The position numbers and the translations under genes were made by a program. From Paracoccaceae bacterium (GTDB lineage Bacteria > Pseudomonadota > Alphaproteobacteria > Rhodobacterales > Rhodobacteraceae), in assembly GCA_039808285.1 (NCBI GenBank), contig JBDHSQ010000003.1, forward strand, positions 6,249-70,248: a stretch of 64,000 bases of DNA. Reading direction: 5' to 3'. The notes under the pieces were generated by a model, which saw only the letters and a program-made list of their open reading frames with translations, was not told the DNA's origin and did no database searches. This document shows, one piece after another, positions 10,604-20,304 of this stretch. Every line of letters starts with the position of its first letter. Within the stretch, counting starts at the first letter, position 1.

Positions 10604-11503
10604 CTATTCCAGCCGCGCAGGAAATCCCGGCGCGCGCAGGTCGGTGCCGAGAAGGTCTTCCAGCAGCCGGGCGATCATCGGTGATTGCGCCGCGCCGCCA
10701 TAGGCCGCCTTCGCCGCGACATAGGTCTGCTGGGTGAGCGCGGCGAGGTCGAGCGGGACGCCGAACTCCCGGCCGAACTCCAGCGCGAAGCCCAGATCCT
10801 TCAGCGCGAGGTCGATGGAGAAGCCGATGTCGCAGGAGCCGTTGAGGATCAGCGCGCCTTCGGTCTCGTGCACGAAGGAATTGCCCGACGAGGCGGCGAT
10901 CGCCTGCCAGGCCTGGCCGAGGTCGAGCCCGCCGCGCCTGGCCAGCATCAGCGCCTCGGCGCAGGCCTTCAGGTGGATGAAGGCGAGCATGTTGGTGATG
11001 ACCTTGATCACCGCGGCCGAGCCGAGCGGCCCCATGTGGAAGATGCGGCTGCCCATCGCCGCCATCGCCGGGCGGTGCAGCTCCACCAGCTCGGCGTCGC
11101 CTCCCGTAAGCATGGTGATCTCGCCGCGCGCGGCCAGGTGCACGCCCCCGGTGACCGGAAGCTCCAGCATCCGCACGCCGGCCGTTGCGGCGAGGCCGGC
11201 CAGCCGCAGCACGTCATCACGGCCAAGCGTCGACATCTCGATCCAGGTGGCACCCGGCCGCATTTCGGGCAGGATCGCCCTCAACACCTGTTCGGACACC
11301 GCGGGCGATGGCAGGCAGGTGATCACGTGATCGACGCCGGCTGCGAGGTCCGCGGCGCTGTCGGCCCAGCGCGCGCCCTGTCCGATCAGCCCTTCAGCCG
11401 CGTTGCGGCTGGCATCGTTCACCGTCAGGTCGAAGCCCGCGCGCAACAGGCAACCGGCGCAATTGGCCCCCAGATTGCCAAGGCCGATATAGCCGTACCG
11501 CAT
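10604..11503 (-). CDS. NAD(P)-dependent beta-hydroxyacid dehydrogenase (3-hydroxyisobutyrate dehydrogenase family)
   Basis: 299 aa with the N-terminal dinucleotide fold YGYIGLGNLGANCAGCLL and 6PGDH-NAD-binding-type architecture. Confidence 0.85.
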   Translation of the reverse strand: MRYGYIGLGNLGANCAGCLLRAGFDLTVNDASRNAAEGLIGQGARWADSAADLAAGVDHVITCLPSPAVSEQVLRAILPEMRPGATWIEMSTLGRDDVLRLAGLAATAGVRMLELPVTGGVHLAARGEITMLTGGDAELVELHRPAMAAMGSRIFHMGPLGSAAVIKVITNMLAFIHLKACAEALMLARRGGLDLGQAWQAIAASSGNSFVHETEGALILNGSCDIGFSIDLALKDLGFALEFGREFGVPLDLAALTQQTYVAAKAAYGGAAQSPMIARLLEDLLGTDLRAPGFPARLE

Positions 11504-11530
11504 CGAGACCTCCGGAAAACAGTGTCTGTT

Positions 11531-13084
11531 TCAGCGGAAATAGATGTTGTAGTCGCGCCGGATCGCGGCATCGACCTGCGGGTCGATCTGCATCCCGGCC
11601 TTGTCGAGAATGTCGTTCTTCCTCTGGATCGCGCGGTCGAGCAGCATCGGCCGGTCGGCCTCCACCCATTCCTTCGGGCTCATCCGGTTGCCGAGCGTCG
11701 GATAGACGTATTCGGTCTGCATCAGCCTGAGCGTCTGGCCCGAGCCGAGGTAATGTCCCGGCCCGCCGAGGCAGACCTCCTTCATCGCCTCGATCGAGGT
11801 CGAATCCTCGGTCACGTCGATGCCGCGCACGCAGCGCAGCACCTGGCCGAGGATGTCGTCGCCGAGGACGAGACTTTCGAGGCAGAAACCGAGAAGCGAG
11901 GCGTGCATCCCCACCGCCTCGTAGACCATGTTGAGCCCGGAAAGCCCGGCCAGCACGTTGGTGATGCCCTGTTCCCAGCCCGCCTGCATGTCGGGCAGCT
12001 TGGAATCGGTGATCCCCGCCGCCGCGCCCCCGGGCAGGTTGTAGAACCGGTGCATCTGGGCACAGCCCGCGGTCAGCAGCGCCTGTTCCGCCGACCCGCC
12101 CGACATCGCCCCGGTGCGCAGGTCGGAGACGAAGGGCCAGGTGCCGAAGATCGCCGGATGTCCGGGCGACATGGCGTTGACGTAGACGACGCCGGCGAGG
12201 CATTCCGCCATCGCCTGCACGATCGTCAGGGCGATCGGCGCGGGCGAGGTGGCGCCGGCCTGCCCGGCGGAAAGCAGCAGGACCGGCATGCCGCCGCGCA
12301 CGCAATGCTCCATCGTGATGCAGCTTTCCTCGGCGAACTTCATCGGCGGCACGACGAAACAGTTGGAGTTGGAGACGAAGGGCCGCGCCCGCCACCTTTC
12401 CTCGCCGCCGGCGATGCGGTGGATCATGTCGAAGCAGGGCGCGACATGCGACGGGTCGCTGAACGAGGTTCCGACATGCTTGGTGGTGCCGGCACAGCAG
12501 GCATAGAGCGTGTTGAGGTCCATCTCGAGGTTGTCGGTCACGTCGCGGCAGACCATCGCGCGCTGGAAGAAGTGCACGTTGTCGAGCGCGTGGGTGATCC
12601 GCGCCGCGTCGTAGAGGTCCTGCGCGGTGGAATCGCGGTAGGTGTTGGTCGCCAGATCGACCACATGCACCGCCGCACCCGCCGTGCCGAAATGGACGTT
12701 GCTGCCGGTCAGGTGCAGGTCATGTTTGGGGTCACGGCCGAAGAGCGTGAGGTCGCGCGCGGCCAGCGCCAGCATGTCCTCCACCAGCGCGCGGGGAAAG
12801 CGGATGCGGCCGTCGTCGCCCTGCACCGCGCCGGCGCCGGTCAGGATCTCCACCCCCGACCTCGGCGCCTGGCTGAGCCCGATCACCTCCAGCGCCTCGA
12901 GTGCGGCGGCGTGGATGCGCGCCATGCCTGCCTCGGTCAGCGGCTTGTATTGCCCGCCCGGCAGCCCCGCCCGGATCGGCCTCAGCGCCTCGTCGAGCGG
13001 CGCCGCCCGGGCCGCCCGGCGTGCCTCGCGCCCACCCGCGCGGGCCGCGCGCCGGGGTTCACAGTTCAGGGCCTCTTCCGACAT
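11531..13084 (-). CDS. Trimethylamine methyltransferase (MttB) family protein, non-pyrrolysine type
   Basis: ATG at 13084. The 517-aa uninterrupted ORF has no in-frame TAG and shows MttB-superfamily similarity across its length. Substrate unknown. Confidence 0.8.
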   Translation of the reverse strand: MSEEALNCEPRRAARAGGREARRAARAAPLDEALRPIRAGLPGGQYKPLTEAGMARIHAAALEALEVIGLSQAPRSGVEILTGAGAVQGDDGRIRFPRALVEDMLALAARDLTLFGRDPKHDLHLTGSNVHFGTAGAAVHVVDLATNTYRDSTAQDLYDAARITHALDNVHFFQRAMVCRDVTDNLEMDLNTLYACCAGTTKHVGTSFSDPSHVAPCFDMIHRIAGGEERWRARPFVSNSNCFVVPPMKFAEESCITMEHCVRGGMPVLLLSAGQAGATSPAPIALTIVQAMAECLAGVVYVNAMSPGHPAIFGTWPFVSDLRTGAMSGGSAEQALLTAGCAQMHRFYNLPGGAAAGITDSKLPDMQAGWEQGITNVLAGLSGLNMVYEAVGMHASLLGFCLESLVLGDDILGQVLRCVRGIDVTEDSTSIEAMKEVCLGGPGHYLGSGQTLRLMQTEYVYPTLGNRMSPKEWVEADRPMLLDRAIQRKNDILDKAGMQIDPQVDAAIRRDYNIYFR

Positions 13085-13148
13085 CGTCTTCACCCGTTCC
13101 AAATATCCTCGGGGGGTCCGGGGGGGCAGACGGCCCCCCGGACGCTCT

Positions 13149-15593
13149 TCACATCCGCACCCGAGCGCCCTCGGGGTCATAGATCGGCTTCAGCGAGACC
13201 TCCGCCGCCACCCGCCGCCCGGCGATCTCGATCTCGTAGCGCGAGGCCAGCAGCGCCTCGGCGCCTTCCCCCTTGCAGGGCAGGTAGCCCATGCCGATCG
13301 CGGCACCCAGATGGTGGCCATAGGCACCCGAGGTCAGGTGGCCGACGATCCGGCCGTCCCTCAGGATCGGCTCGTTGTGATAGACCATGACCTCCGGGTC
13401 GGAAAGGCGGAACTGCACCATCCGCCGGTCGAGCCCCGCCTCCTTCTTCCGCAGCACCGCGTCGCGGCCGATGAAGGCGGGTTTCGCGGTGCGGACGGCG
13501 AAGCCCAGTCCCGCCTCGAGCACATGGTCCTCGCTGGTGATGTCATGGCCGAAATGGCGGAAGGCCTTCTCGATCCGGCAGCAGTCCATCATGTGCATGC
13601 CGCAGAGCTTCAGCCCCACCTCCGTCCCCGCTTCGCGCAGCACCTCGAACACATGCCCCGCCATGTCGGTGGAGACATAGATTTCCCAGCCCAGCTCGCC
13701 CACGTAGGAGACGCGGTGGACGCGGGCGAGCCCCATGCCGATCTCGATCTCCTGCGCGGTGCCGAAGGGATTTGCGGCGTTGGAGAAATCGTCCGGGCTG
13801 ACCTTCCGCATCAGGTCGCGCGCCTTCGGCCCCATCACCGCCAGCACGCCTTCGGCCGCGGTCACGTCGGTCAGCACGACGTTGAAGGCGCCGATGTGGC
13901 GGCGCATCCAGGCCTGGTCCTTCGGCCGGGTGATCGCCGGGGTGACGACCAGGTAGGCGGTCTCCGACAGCCGGGTGACGGTCACGTCGGCCTCGATTCC
14001 GCCCTTCGTGTTCAGGAACTGGGTGTAGACGATGCGGCCCGCCGGCACCGACATGTCGGCCCCGCAGAGATGGTTGAGGAAGGCTTCGGCATCGCGCCCC
14101 TCGACCCTGATCTTGCCGAAGGACGACATGTCATACATGCCGACGCCGGTGCGGATCGCGCGGTGTTCCGCCGCGGCATTGGCGAACCAGTTCTGCCGGC
14201 CCCAGGAATAGTCGTAGTCCCGCGCCTGATCCGGCCCGGCGAACCAGTTCGCCCGTTCCCAGCCGCCGATCTCGCCGAAGACGGCGCCCTCGGCTTCCAG
14301 ATGCGCATGGAAGGGGGTGCGCCGCACGCCCCGGGCGGTGGCCTTCTGGCGATAGGGGAAATGGTCGGCGTAAAGCAGCCCCAGTGTCTCCTTCGACCGC
14401 TCGAAGAGGTAGTGCCGGTTGCCCTGGAAGGGCTGGTTGCGGCCCACATCGACGTCACCGAGGTCGAAGGGCTTCTCGCCCGTCTCCATCCACTCCGCCA
14501 GCGCCATGCCGGCGCCGCCGGCCGACTGGATGCCGATGGAGTTGAACCCGGCCGCGACCCAGAAGTTGTCGACCTCGAGCGAGAGGCCGAGGTTGTAGGC
14601 ATCATCCGGCGTGAAGCTCTCCGGCCCGTTGAAGAAGGTGTGGATGCCGGCCTCGGCCAGCATCGGCAGGCGGTGGACGGCGCGTTCGAGGATCGGCTCG
14701 AAATGGTCGAAGTCCTCGGGCAACTGGTCGAAGCAGAAATCCTCGGGGATGCCCGCCATCCCCCAGGGCTTGGCGTTCGGCTCGAAGGCGCCGAGGAGGT
14801 ATTTCCCGGCATCCTCCTTGTAATAGGCGCATTCGTCGGGCACCCGCAGCACCGGCATCTGGGTCAGGCCGGGGATCGGCTCGGTGACGATGTAGAAATG
14901 CTCGCAGGCATGGAGCGGCACGTTGACACCGGCCATCCGCCCGACCTCGCGGCCCCACATGCCGGCACAGTTGACGACGTGATCGGCCCGGATAGACCCT
15001 GTTTCCCCGTTCTTCTCCCAGGCGACGGCGGTCGCCCGCCGCCCCGTGACGGTCACGCCCGTCACCTTGACGTCTTCGGCCACCACGGCCCCGCGCTGCC
15101 GCGCGCCCTTGGCAAGCGCGAGTGCGATGTTGGCCGGGTCACCCTGCCCGTCGGTCGGCAGCCAGACGCCGGCCCTGACGCCGTCGATGTTCAGATGCGC
15201 ATAGCGCTCCTTCACCTCGGCCGGGGAAAGCTCCTCCACCGGCACGCCGAAGCCGCGCGCCATCGAGGCGTTGCGGAACAGTTCCTCCTTCCGCGCCTCG
15301 GTCAGCGCGACCGAAACCGACCCCAGGGTCTTCATCCCCGTGGCAAGGCCCGTCTCGGCCTCGAGCCCGCGGTAGAGATCGGCCGAATACTTGGCGAGCC
15401 GGGTCATGTTGGCGGTGGCGCGCAACTGCCCGATCAGCCCGGCGGCATGCCAGGTGGTGCCGCTGGTAAGTTTCTTGCGCTCCAGCAGCACCACGTCGGT
15501 CCAGCCGAGCTTGGTCAGGTGATAGGCGACGGAACAGCCGACGACACCGCCGCCGATGATCACGCATCTGGCTTTCTTTGGTAGATTAGACAC
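13149..15593 (-). CDS. FAD-dependent oxidoreductase fused to a GcvT-type folate-binding domain (dimethylglycine/sarcosine dehydrogenase family), copy 1
   Basis: GTG at 15593 preceded by GGAAG. The N-terminus is KKARCVIIGGGVVGCSVAYHL (DAO fold) and the C-terminal half is aminomethyltransferase-like. 814 aa. The longer ORF extension to 15851 would overlap the upstream gene. Confidence 0.85.
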   Translation of the reverse strand: MSNLPKKARCVIIGGGVVGCSVAYHLTKLGWTDVVLLERKKLTSGTTWHAAGLIGQLRATANMTRLAKYSADLYRGLEAETGLATGMKTLGSVSVALTEARKEELFRNASMARGFGVPVEELSPAEVKERYAHLNIDGVRAGVWLPTDGQGDPANIALALAKGARQRGAVVAEDVKVTGVTVTGRRATAVAWEKNGETGSIRADHVVNCAGMWGREVGRMAGVNVPLHACEHFYIVTEPIPGLTQMPVLRVPDECAYYKEDAGKYLLGAFEPNAKPWGMAGIPEDFCFDQLPEDFDHFEPILERAVHRLPMLAEAGIHTFFNGPESFTPDDAYNLGLSLEVDNFWVAAGFNSIGIQSAGGAGMALAEWMETGEKPFDLGDVDVGRNQPFQGNRHYLFERSKETLGLLYADHFPYRQKATARGVRRTPFHAHLEAEGAVFGEIGGWERANWFAGPDQARDYDYSWGRQNWFANAAAEHRAIRTGVGMYDMSSFGKIRVEGRDAEAFLNHLCGADMSVPAGRIVYTQFLNTKGGIEADVTVTRLSETAYLVVTPAITRPKDQAWMRRHIGAFNVVLTDVTAAEGVLAVMGPKARDLMRKVSPDDFSNAANPFGTAQEIEIGMGLARVHRVSYVGELGWEIYVSTDMAGHVFEVLREAGTEVGLKLCGMHMMDCCRIEKAFRHFGHDITSEDHVLEAGLGFAVRTAKPAFIGRDAVLRKKEAGLDRRMVQFRLSDPEVMVYHNEPILRDGRIVGHLTSGAYGHHLGAAIGMGYLPCKGEGAEALLASRYEIEIAGRRVAAEVSLKPIYDPEGARVRM

Positions 15594-15606
15594 GTCTTCC
15601 GATCCC

Positions 15607-18048
15607 CTATGCCTTGAGTCTCTTGTTTTCCGGATCCCACATCGGCCGATCGTCCTGCACCACCGCGCGGACCCGTTCGCCGTAGATTTCCACCTCGACC
15701 GCGGTTCCCGGCACCGCCAGATCGGCGCGCAGCATCCCCAGCGCGACCGACTTGCCGACACGGTAGCCCCAGGCCCCGGAGGTGGTTTCGCCCACCACCT
15801 CGCCGCCGCTCCAGAGGGTCGACATGTAAGGCGCGTCATGCTCTCCCGCATCGACCGTCAGGGTGACGAAGCGCTTCCTCACGCCGCGCTGCTTTTCGGC
15901 CAGAAGCGCGGCCTTGCCGGGGAACTCCTTCTCCCAGCGGATGAAGCGGTCAAGCCCGCCTTCCAGCAGGCTGTAGTCGGTGGAAAGGTCGCCCTTCCAG
16001 GCGCGATAGCCCTTCTCGATCCTGAGCGCGTTCAGCGCCCGCATCCCGAAGGGCTTCGCACCGCCCGCCAGCAGCGCGTCGTAGATCGCCGGCGCATCGG
16101 CATTGGCGGCATGCACCTCCCAGCCCAGCTCGCCGGCGAAGGAGACCCGCAAGAGCGCGCAGGGCCGGCCGGCCACATGAACCTCCGCCTGCACCGAAAG
16201 CCAGGGCAGCGACAGGTCGGCATCCGTGACCGGCGCCAGCAGGTCGCGCGCCTTCGGGCCGGTGACGATGAAGCAGGAGACCTCGCCGGAATGGTCCTCG
16301 ATCGTCACGCCCTCGGGCAGGCCCTGCCGCAGCACGTCGGCATCGTGCCATTGCGCCACGGCGGCGGTGATCAGCCCGACCGCCTCGTCGGAATGGACCA
16401 TCGCCGTCATCTCGGTCAGGATGCGGCCGCGGGCATCGGGGAAGTAGACGAGCCCGATCCGGCCCGGCGCCGGCAGGCGCGAGGCGGTGAGACTGTCGAC
16501 ATGCGCCCGCGCGCCCGGCCCCTTGACCAGAAGCCGGGTGAAGCCCGGCAGGTCGAGCACGCCGACCCCGTCGCGCACCGCCTCGCATTCCTCGCGGATG
16601 CGGGGCTCCCAAGGGCCGTTGCGGTTCCAGGTCTGGGTCGCTTGCCAACTCGTGTCGTCGCCCGGCCTGGCGAAACATTCGGCGCGCTCCCAGCCGTTGT
16701 AGGGTGCCATCTGCCCGCCGAGCGCCCTGATCCTTTCATGCACCGGCGACAGCCGCCGGTCGGGCGCGGCCGGCCAGCGCGCCATCGGGAAGTGCATGGC
16801 GTATTCGTGGCCGTAGACCTCCATCCCCTTCCGCACGCAGTAATCGTCGTCGGTATAGCCGGTGAAGCGGCGCGGGTCGCAGGACCACATGTCCCATTCG
16901 GTCGCGCCCTCGGTCACCCATTCAGCCAGCACCTTGCCCGCGCCGCCGGCCTGGGCGATGCCGAAAGTGAAGACGCAGGCCTCGAAGGCATTCGGCACCC
17001 CCGGCATCGGCCCCAGCAGGGGGTTGCCGTCCGGCGCATAGGGGATCGGGCCGTTGATCACCTTCGAGACGCCGGCACTGGCCAAGAGCGGCACCCGCGC
17101 CATCGCGTCCTCGATATAGGGTTCCAGCCGGTCGAGATCGTCGGGGAAGAGCTGGAAGCTGAAATCCTCGGGGAAGGGATCGTCGGGCCGCACCCAGTGG
17201 GCGCGGCAGTTGCGCTCGTAGGGGCCGAGGTTGAAGCCGTATTTCTCCTGCCGGAGGTAGTAGGAGGTATCGACGTCGCGCAGGAGCGGCAGCTTGTGCC
17301 CGACCGCCTGCGACCAGTCCCTCACCTCCTCCACCTCCTCGAACAGCAAATACTGGTGGCTCATCACCATCATCGGCACGGTGCGGCCGCCGAAGGGCCG
17401 GAACCATTCGCCCACCTTCCGGGCGTAGTATCCCGCGGCATTGACCACGATTTCCGCCCGGATAGAGCCTTTATCTGTGTGCACGATCCATTCGCCGCCC
17501 TCCCGGCTCACCCCCGTCGCGGGGGTGAAGCGCAGGATCGTCGCGCCGAGGTCGCGCGCACCCTTGGCCAGCGCCTGGGTGAGCTGCGCCGGGTCGATGT
17601 CGCCGTCGGCGGGATCGTAGAGCGCGCCCTTGAGGCCGTGCGTCTCGAGGAACGGATACTTGCCGCGGATCTCGTCGACGCCGAGAACGTCGATCTCCAT
17701 CCCCTGATAGCGGCCCATGCCCCTGGCGCGGGCAAACTCCTGCATCCGCTCCTTCGAATGCGCCAGCCGGACCGAGCCGGTGACATGGTAGTTCATCGGA
17801 TAGTCGACCGCCTGCCCGAGCCCGCGGTAAAGCTCGGTCGAATAGCGCTGCATGTTCATCAGCGACCACGAGGTCGAGAAGGTGGGCACGTTGCCCGCCG
17901 CGTGCCAGGTGGAGCCGGCGGTCAGTTCGTTCTTCTCCAGGAGGACGCAGTCGGTCCAGCCTGCCCGGGCGAGGTGATACAGTGCCGAAACGCCCACGGC
18001 GCCCCCGCCGATGATCACCACCCGCGCCGTCGTCGGAAAACCCGCCAT
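15607..18048 (-). CDS. FAD-dependent oxidoreductase fused to a GcvT-type folate-binding domain (dimethylglycine/sarcosine dehydrogenase family), copy 2
   Basis: 813 aa with N-terminus ARVVIIGGGAVGVSALYHLARAGW and a C-terminal GcvT-like half. It is a paralogue of the downstream gene. Confidence 0.9.
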   Translation of the reverse strand: MAGFPTTARVVIIGGGAVGVSALYHLARAGWTDCVLLEKNELTAGSTWHAAGNVPTFSTSWSLMNMQRYSTELYRGLGQAVDYPMNYHVTGSVRLAHSKERMQEFARARGMGRYQGMEIDVLGVDEIRGKYPFLETHGLKGALYDPADGDIDPAQLTQALAKGARDLGATILRFTPATGVSREGGEWIVHTDKGSIRAEIVVNAAGYYARKVGEWFRPFGGRTVPMMVMSHQYLLFEEVEEVRDWSQAVGHKLPLLRDVDTSYYLRQEKYGFNLGPYERNCRAHWVRPDDPFPEDFSFQLFPDDLDRLEPYIEDAMARVPLLASAGVSKVINGPIPYAPDGNPLLGPMPGVPNAFEACVFTFGIAQAGGAGKVLAEWVTEGATEWDMWSCDPRRFTGYTDDDYCVRKGMEVYGHEYAMHFPMARWPAAPDRRLSPVHERIRALGGQMAPYNGWERAECFARPGDDTSWQATQTWNRNGPWEPRIREECEAVRDGVGVLDLPGFTRLLVKGPGARAHVDSLTASRLPAPGRIGLVYFPDARGRILTEMTAMVHSDEAVGLITAAVAQWHDADVLRQGLPEGVTIEDHSGEVSCFIVTGPKARDLLAPVTDADLSLPWLSVQAEVHVAGRPCALLRVSFAGELGWEVHAANADAPAIYDALLAGGAKPFGMRALNALRIEKGYRAWKGDLSTDYSLLEGGLDRFIRWEKEFPGKAALLAEKQRGVRKRFVTLTVDAGEHDAPYMSTLWSGGEVVGETTSGAWGYRVGKSVALGMLRADLAVPGTAVEVEIYGERVRAVVQDDRPMWDPENKRLKA

Positions 18049-18124
18049 GCCAACCCCCTCGTTCCCGTCGCGCGGAGTATCGGCGCAAGGTGCCCGGCTT
18101 TCAATTCGCCAAAGGCTGCATTAT

Positions 18125-18143
18125 TGATCGGATATTTCGATCA
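18125..18143. promoter_or_regulatory. Inverted repeat TGATCG-N7-CGATCA in the divergent promoter region (candidate LysR-type box)
   Basis: Read directly as ttaTTGATCGgatatttCGATCAgg, an AT-rich patch between the operon start (18048) and the LysR gene start (18146). Confidence 0.35.
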
Positions 18144-18145
18144 GG

Positions 18146-19030
18146 ATGCCCATGCAGATCGAGTTGATCCAGACCTTTCTCGACCTGTGCGAGACGCACA
18201 GCTTCAACCGGACGGCCGAACGGCTGGCGGTGACACAGTCGACTGTGTCGGGCCGCATCCGCGCGCTTGAAAGGAACCTCGGCCACCGACTTTTCACGCG
18301 TTCGCGCGCCGGGACAGAACTGACGACCGAAGGCCTGCGCTTCGCCCCTCATGCCCGTGCGCTTCTACATGCCTGGACGGAGGCGCGCCACGCGGTGGGC
18401 GATTCCGGCGGCGTCCTGACGATGCGAATCGGGATCCAGAGCGATCTCGTCATGATCCATTTCAGCGAGCTGATCGGCGATTTCCGCGCGGCGCTCCCGG
18501 ACACCGCCTTCCTGTTCGAGGCAGACTATTCCGCGCAGATGTGTTCGGACCTGATGACCGGGGCAGAGGATTTCGCGATCCTGTTCAGCCCGCGTTACCA
18601 CCCGGACGTGCATTTCGAAACGATCGGGGAGATAACCTACATCATGGTCTCGACCCAGGCCGACCGGCTCGCCGATGTGCGGCCCGAGACCTATATCATG
18701 CCGCATTATTCCTATGCGATGCCCGCGCTGCACGCGACGCTGCATCCGCACCTGTCCACCGCGAGTCTCTCGATCGGGCAGAACACGGCGATGGTCGCAC
18801 TCCTCCGTTCGATTGGCGGAACGGCCTATGTGTTGCGCGGATCGGCCGAGGAGCTGGTGCGCGACGGCCTCTGCCGCCTTGTGGCGGACGCGCCGCCGAT
18901 CCCCCAGCCCATCTTCGCCGGAGTGAATGTGCGCAACCGTCACCGGTCGGCGCACCGGCGCCTGCTTCAGATCGTACGAGCCCGCTTCGGCCCGGAAAGC
19001 GGAATGCTCGCCCGCCGCAGGGTCGGCTGA
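18146..19030 (+). CDS. LysR family transcriptional regulator
   Basis: The N-terminal wHTH is LIQTFLDLCETHSFNRTAERLAVTQSTVSGRIRALERNLG. The gene is divergent from the catabolic operon. An alternative ATG at 18152 has AGGA 5 nt upstream. Confidence 0.9.
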   Translation: MPMQIELIQTFLDLCETHSFNRTAERLAVTQSTVSGRIRALERNLGHRLFTRSRAGTELTTEGLRFAPHARALLHAWTEARHAVGDSGGVLTMRIGIQSDLVMIHFSELIGDFRAALPDTAFLFEADYSAQMCSDLMTGAEDFAILFSPRYHPDVHFETIGEITYIMVSTQADRLADVRPETYIMPHYSYAMPALHATLHPHLSTASLSIGQNTAMVALLRSIGGTAYVLRGSAEELVRDGLCRLVADAPPIPQPIFAGVNVRNRHRSAHRRLLQIVRARFGPESGMLARRRVG

Positions 19031-19050
19031 CGGGGCGCGGTCCGAAAGGC

Positions 19051-20304
19051 TCAGGCGCGCAGGGCCCGGCCGTCTTGGCCGATGATCGGGGCGGTGACGA
19101 TCCGCCCCTCGGGCTGGTCGGCCGCAAAGGCCACCTCGGTGAACTGCTCGGTCCGGCCGATCCGCAGCCCCTCTGTCAGGATCCGGTGCACGACCCCCTG
19201 CTGCGCCGAAAGATGCCGCGTCAGCACCGCCTCGCCTTCCGCCCTCAGCCGCGCCGCGCGCTCGCGCACGAGCCGCCCGTCGACCTGCGGCATCCGCGCC
19301 GCCGGCGTGCCCTTGCGCGGGCTGAAGGGAAAGACATGCAGGAACGTCAGGCCGCAATCCTGCACGAGACGAAGCGAGTTGGCGAACATCGCGTCGCTTT
19401 CGGTCGGGAAGCCCGCGATGATGTCGGCGCCGAAGACGAGGTCGGGGCGGAGCCTGCGCGCCTCTTCGCAGAAGCGGATCGCGTCGTCGCGCAGGTGCCG
19501 CCGCTTCATCCGCTTCAGGATCAGGTCGTCGCCATGCTGGAGGCTGAGGTGCAGGTGCGGCATCAGCCGCGGCTCGGTGGCGATGGCCTGCATCAGGCTG
19601 CCGTCGGCCTCGATCGAGTCGATCGACGAGATGCGCAGACGCGCGAGGTCGGGCACCAGCCGCAGGATGCGCAGCACCAGATCGCCGAGCCGCGGCGCGC
19701 CGGGAAGGTCGGCACCCCAGCTCGTCAGGTCGACGCCGGTGAGAACCACCTCGAGGAAACCACGGTCCACCAGCCGCATGATCTGGTCGACGACGACGCC
19801 CGCGGGCACCGAGCGGGAATTGCCGCGGCCGAAGGGGATGATGCAGAAGGTGCAGCGGTGGTCGCAGCCGTTCTGGACCTGCACATAGGCTCTGTGCCGG
19901 CCGAATCCGTCGATGAGGTGCCCGGCGGTCTCTTTTACCGACAGGATGTCGTCGACCAGCACACGGGGGGTCTCGCCGATCAGGTCGGGCGCCTTCAGCG
20001 CGGCCCAGGTCTCAGGGCGCATCTTCTCGGCATTGCCGACGACACGGGTCACCTCCGGCATCGCGGCGAAGGTCTCGGGCTCCACCTGCGCGGCGCAGCC
20101 TGTGACGATCAGCGGCGCCTCCGGGTTCTCGCGGCGGAGCCTTCGGATCTCCTGCTTGGCCTTGCGCACCGCTTCGGCGGTCACGGCGCAGGTGTTCACG
20201 ACGACCGCGCCTTCGAGCCCGGCCGCGGCCGCCAGTTCCCGCATCGCCTCGGTCTCGTAAGCGTTGAGACGGCAGCCGAGGGTGGAGAAGACCGGCGCGC
20301 TCAT
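19051..20304 (-). CDS. mtaB: tRNA (t6A37) methylthiotransferase MtaB (MiaB-like radical SAM)
   Basis: 417 aa with the N-terminal UPF0004 motif [14 protein letters not shown] and the radical SAM motif [11 protein letters not shown]. Its start overlaps the dapF stop (ATGA). Confidence 0.85.
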   Translation of the reverse strand: MSAPVFSTLGCRLNAYETEAMRELAAAAGLEGAVVVNTCAVTAEAVRKAKQEIRRLRRENPEAPLIVTGCAAQVEPETFAAMPEVTRVVGNAEKMRPETWAALKAPDLIGETPRVLVDDILSVKETAGHLIDGFGRHRAYVQVQNGCDHRCTFCIIPFGRGNSRSVPAGVVVDQIMRLVDRGFLEVVLTGVDLTSWGADLPGAPRLGDLVLRILRLVPDLARLRISSIDSIEADGSLMQAIATEPRLMPHLHLSLQHGDDLILKRMKRRHLRDDAIRFCEEARRLRPDLVFGADIIAGFPTESDAMFANSLRLVQDCGLTFLHVFPFSPRKGTPAARMPQVDGRLVRERAARLRAEGEAVLTRHLSAQQGVVHRILTEGLRIGRTEQFTEVAFAADQPEGRIVTAPIIGQDGRALRA

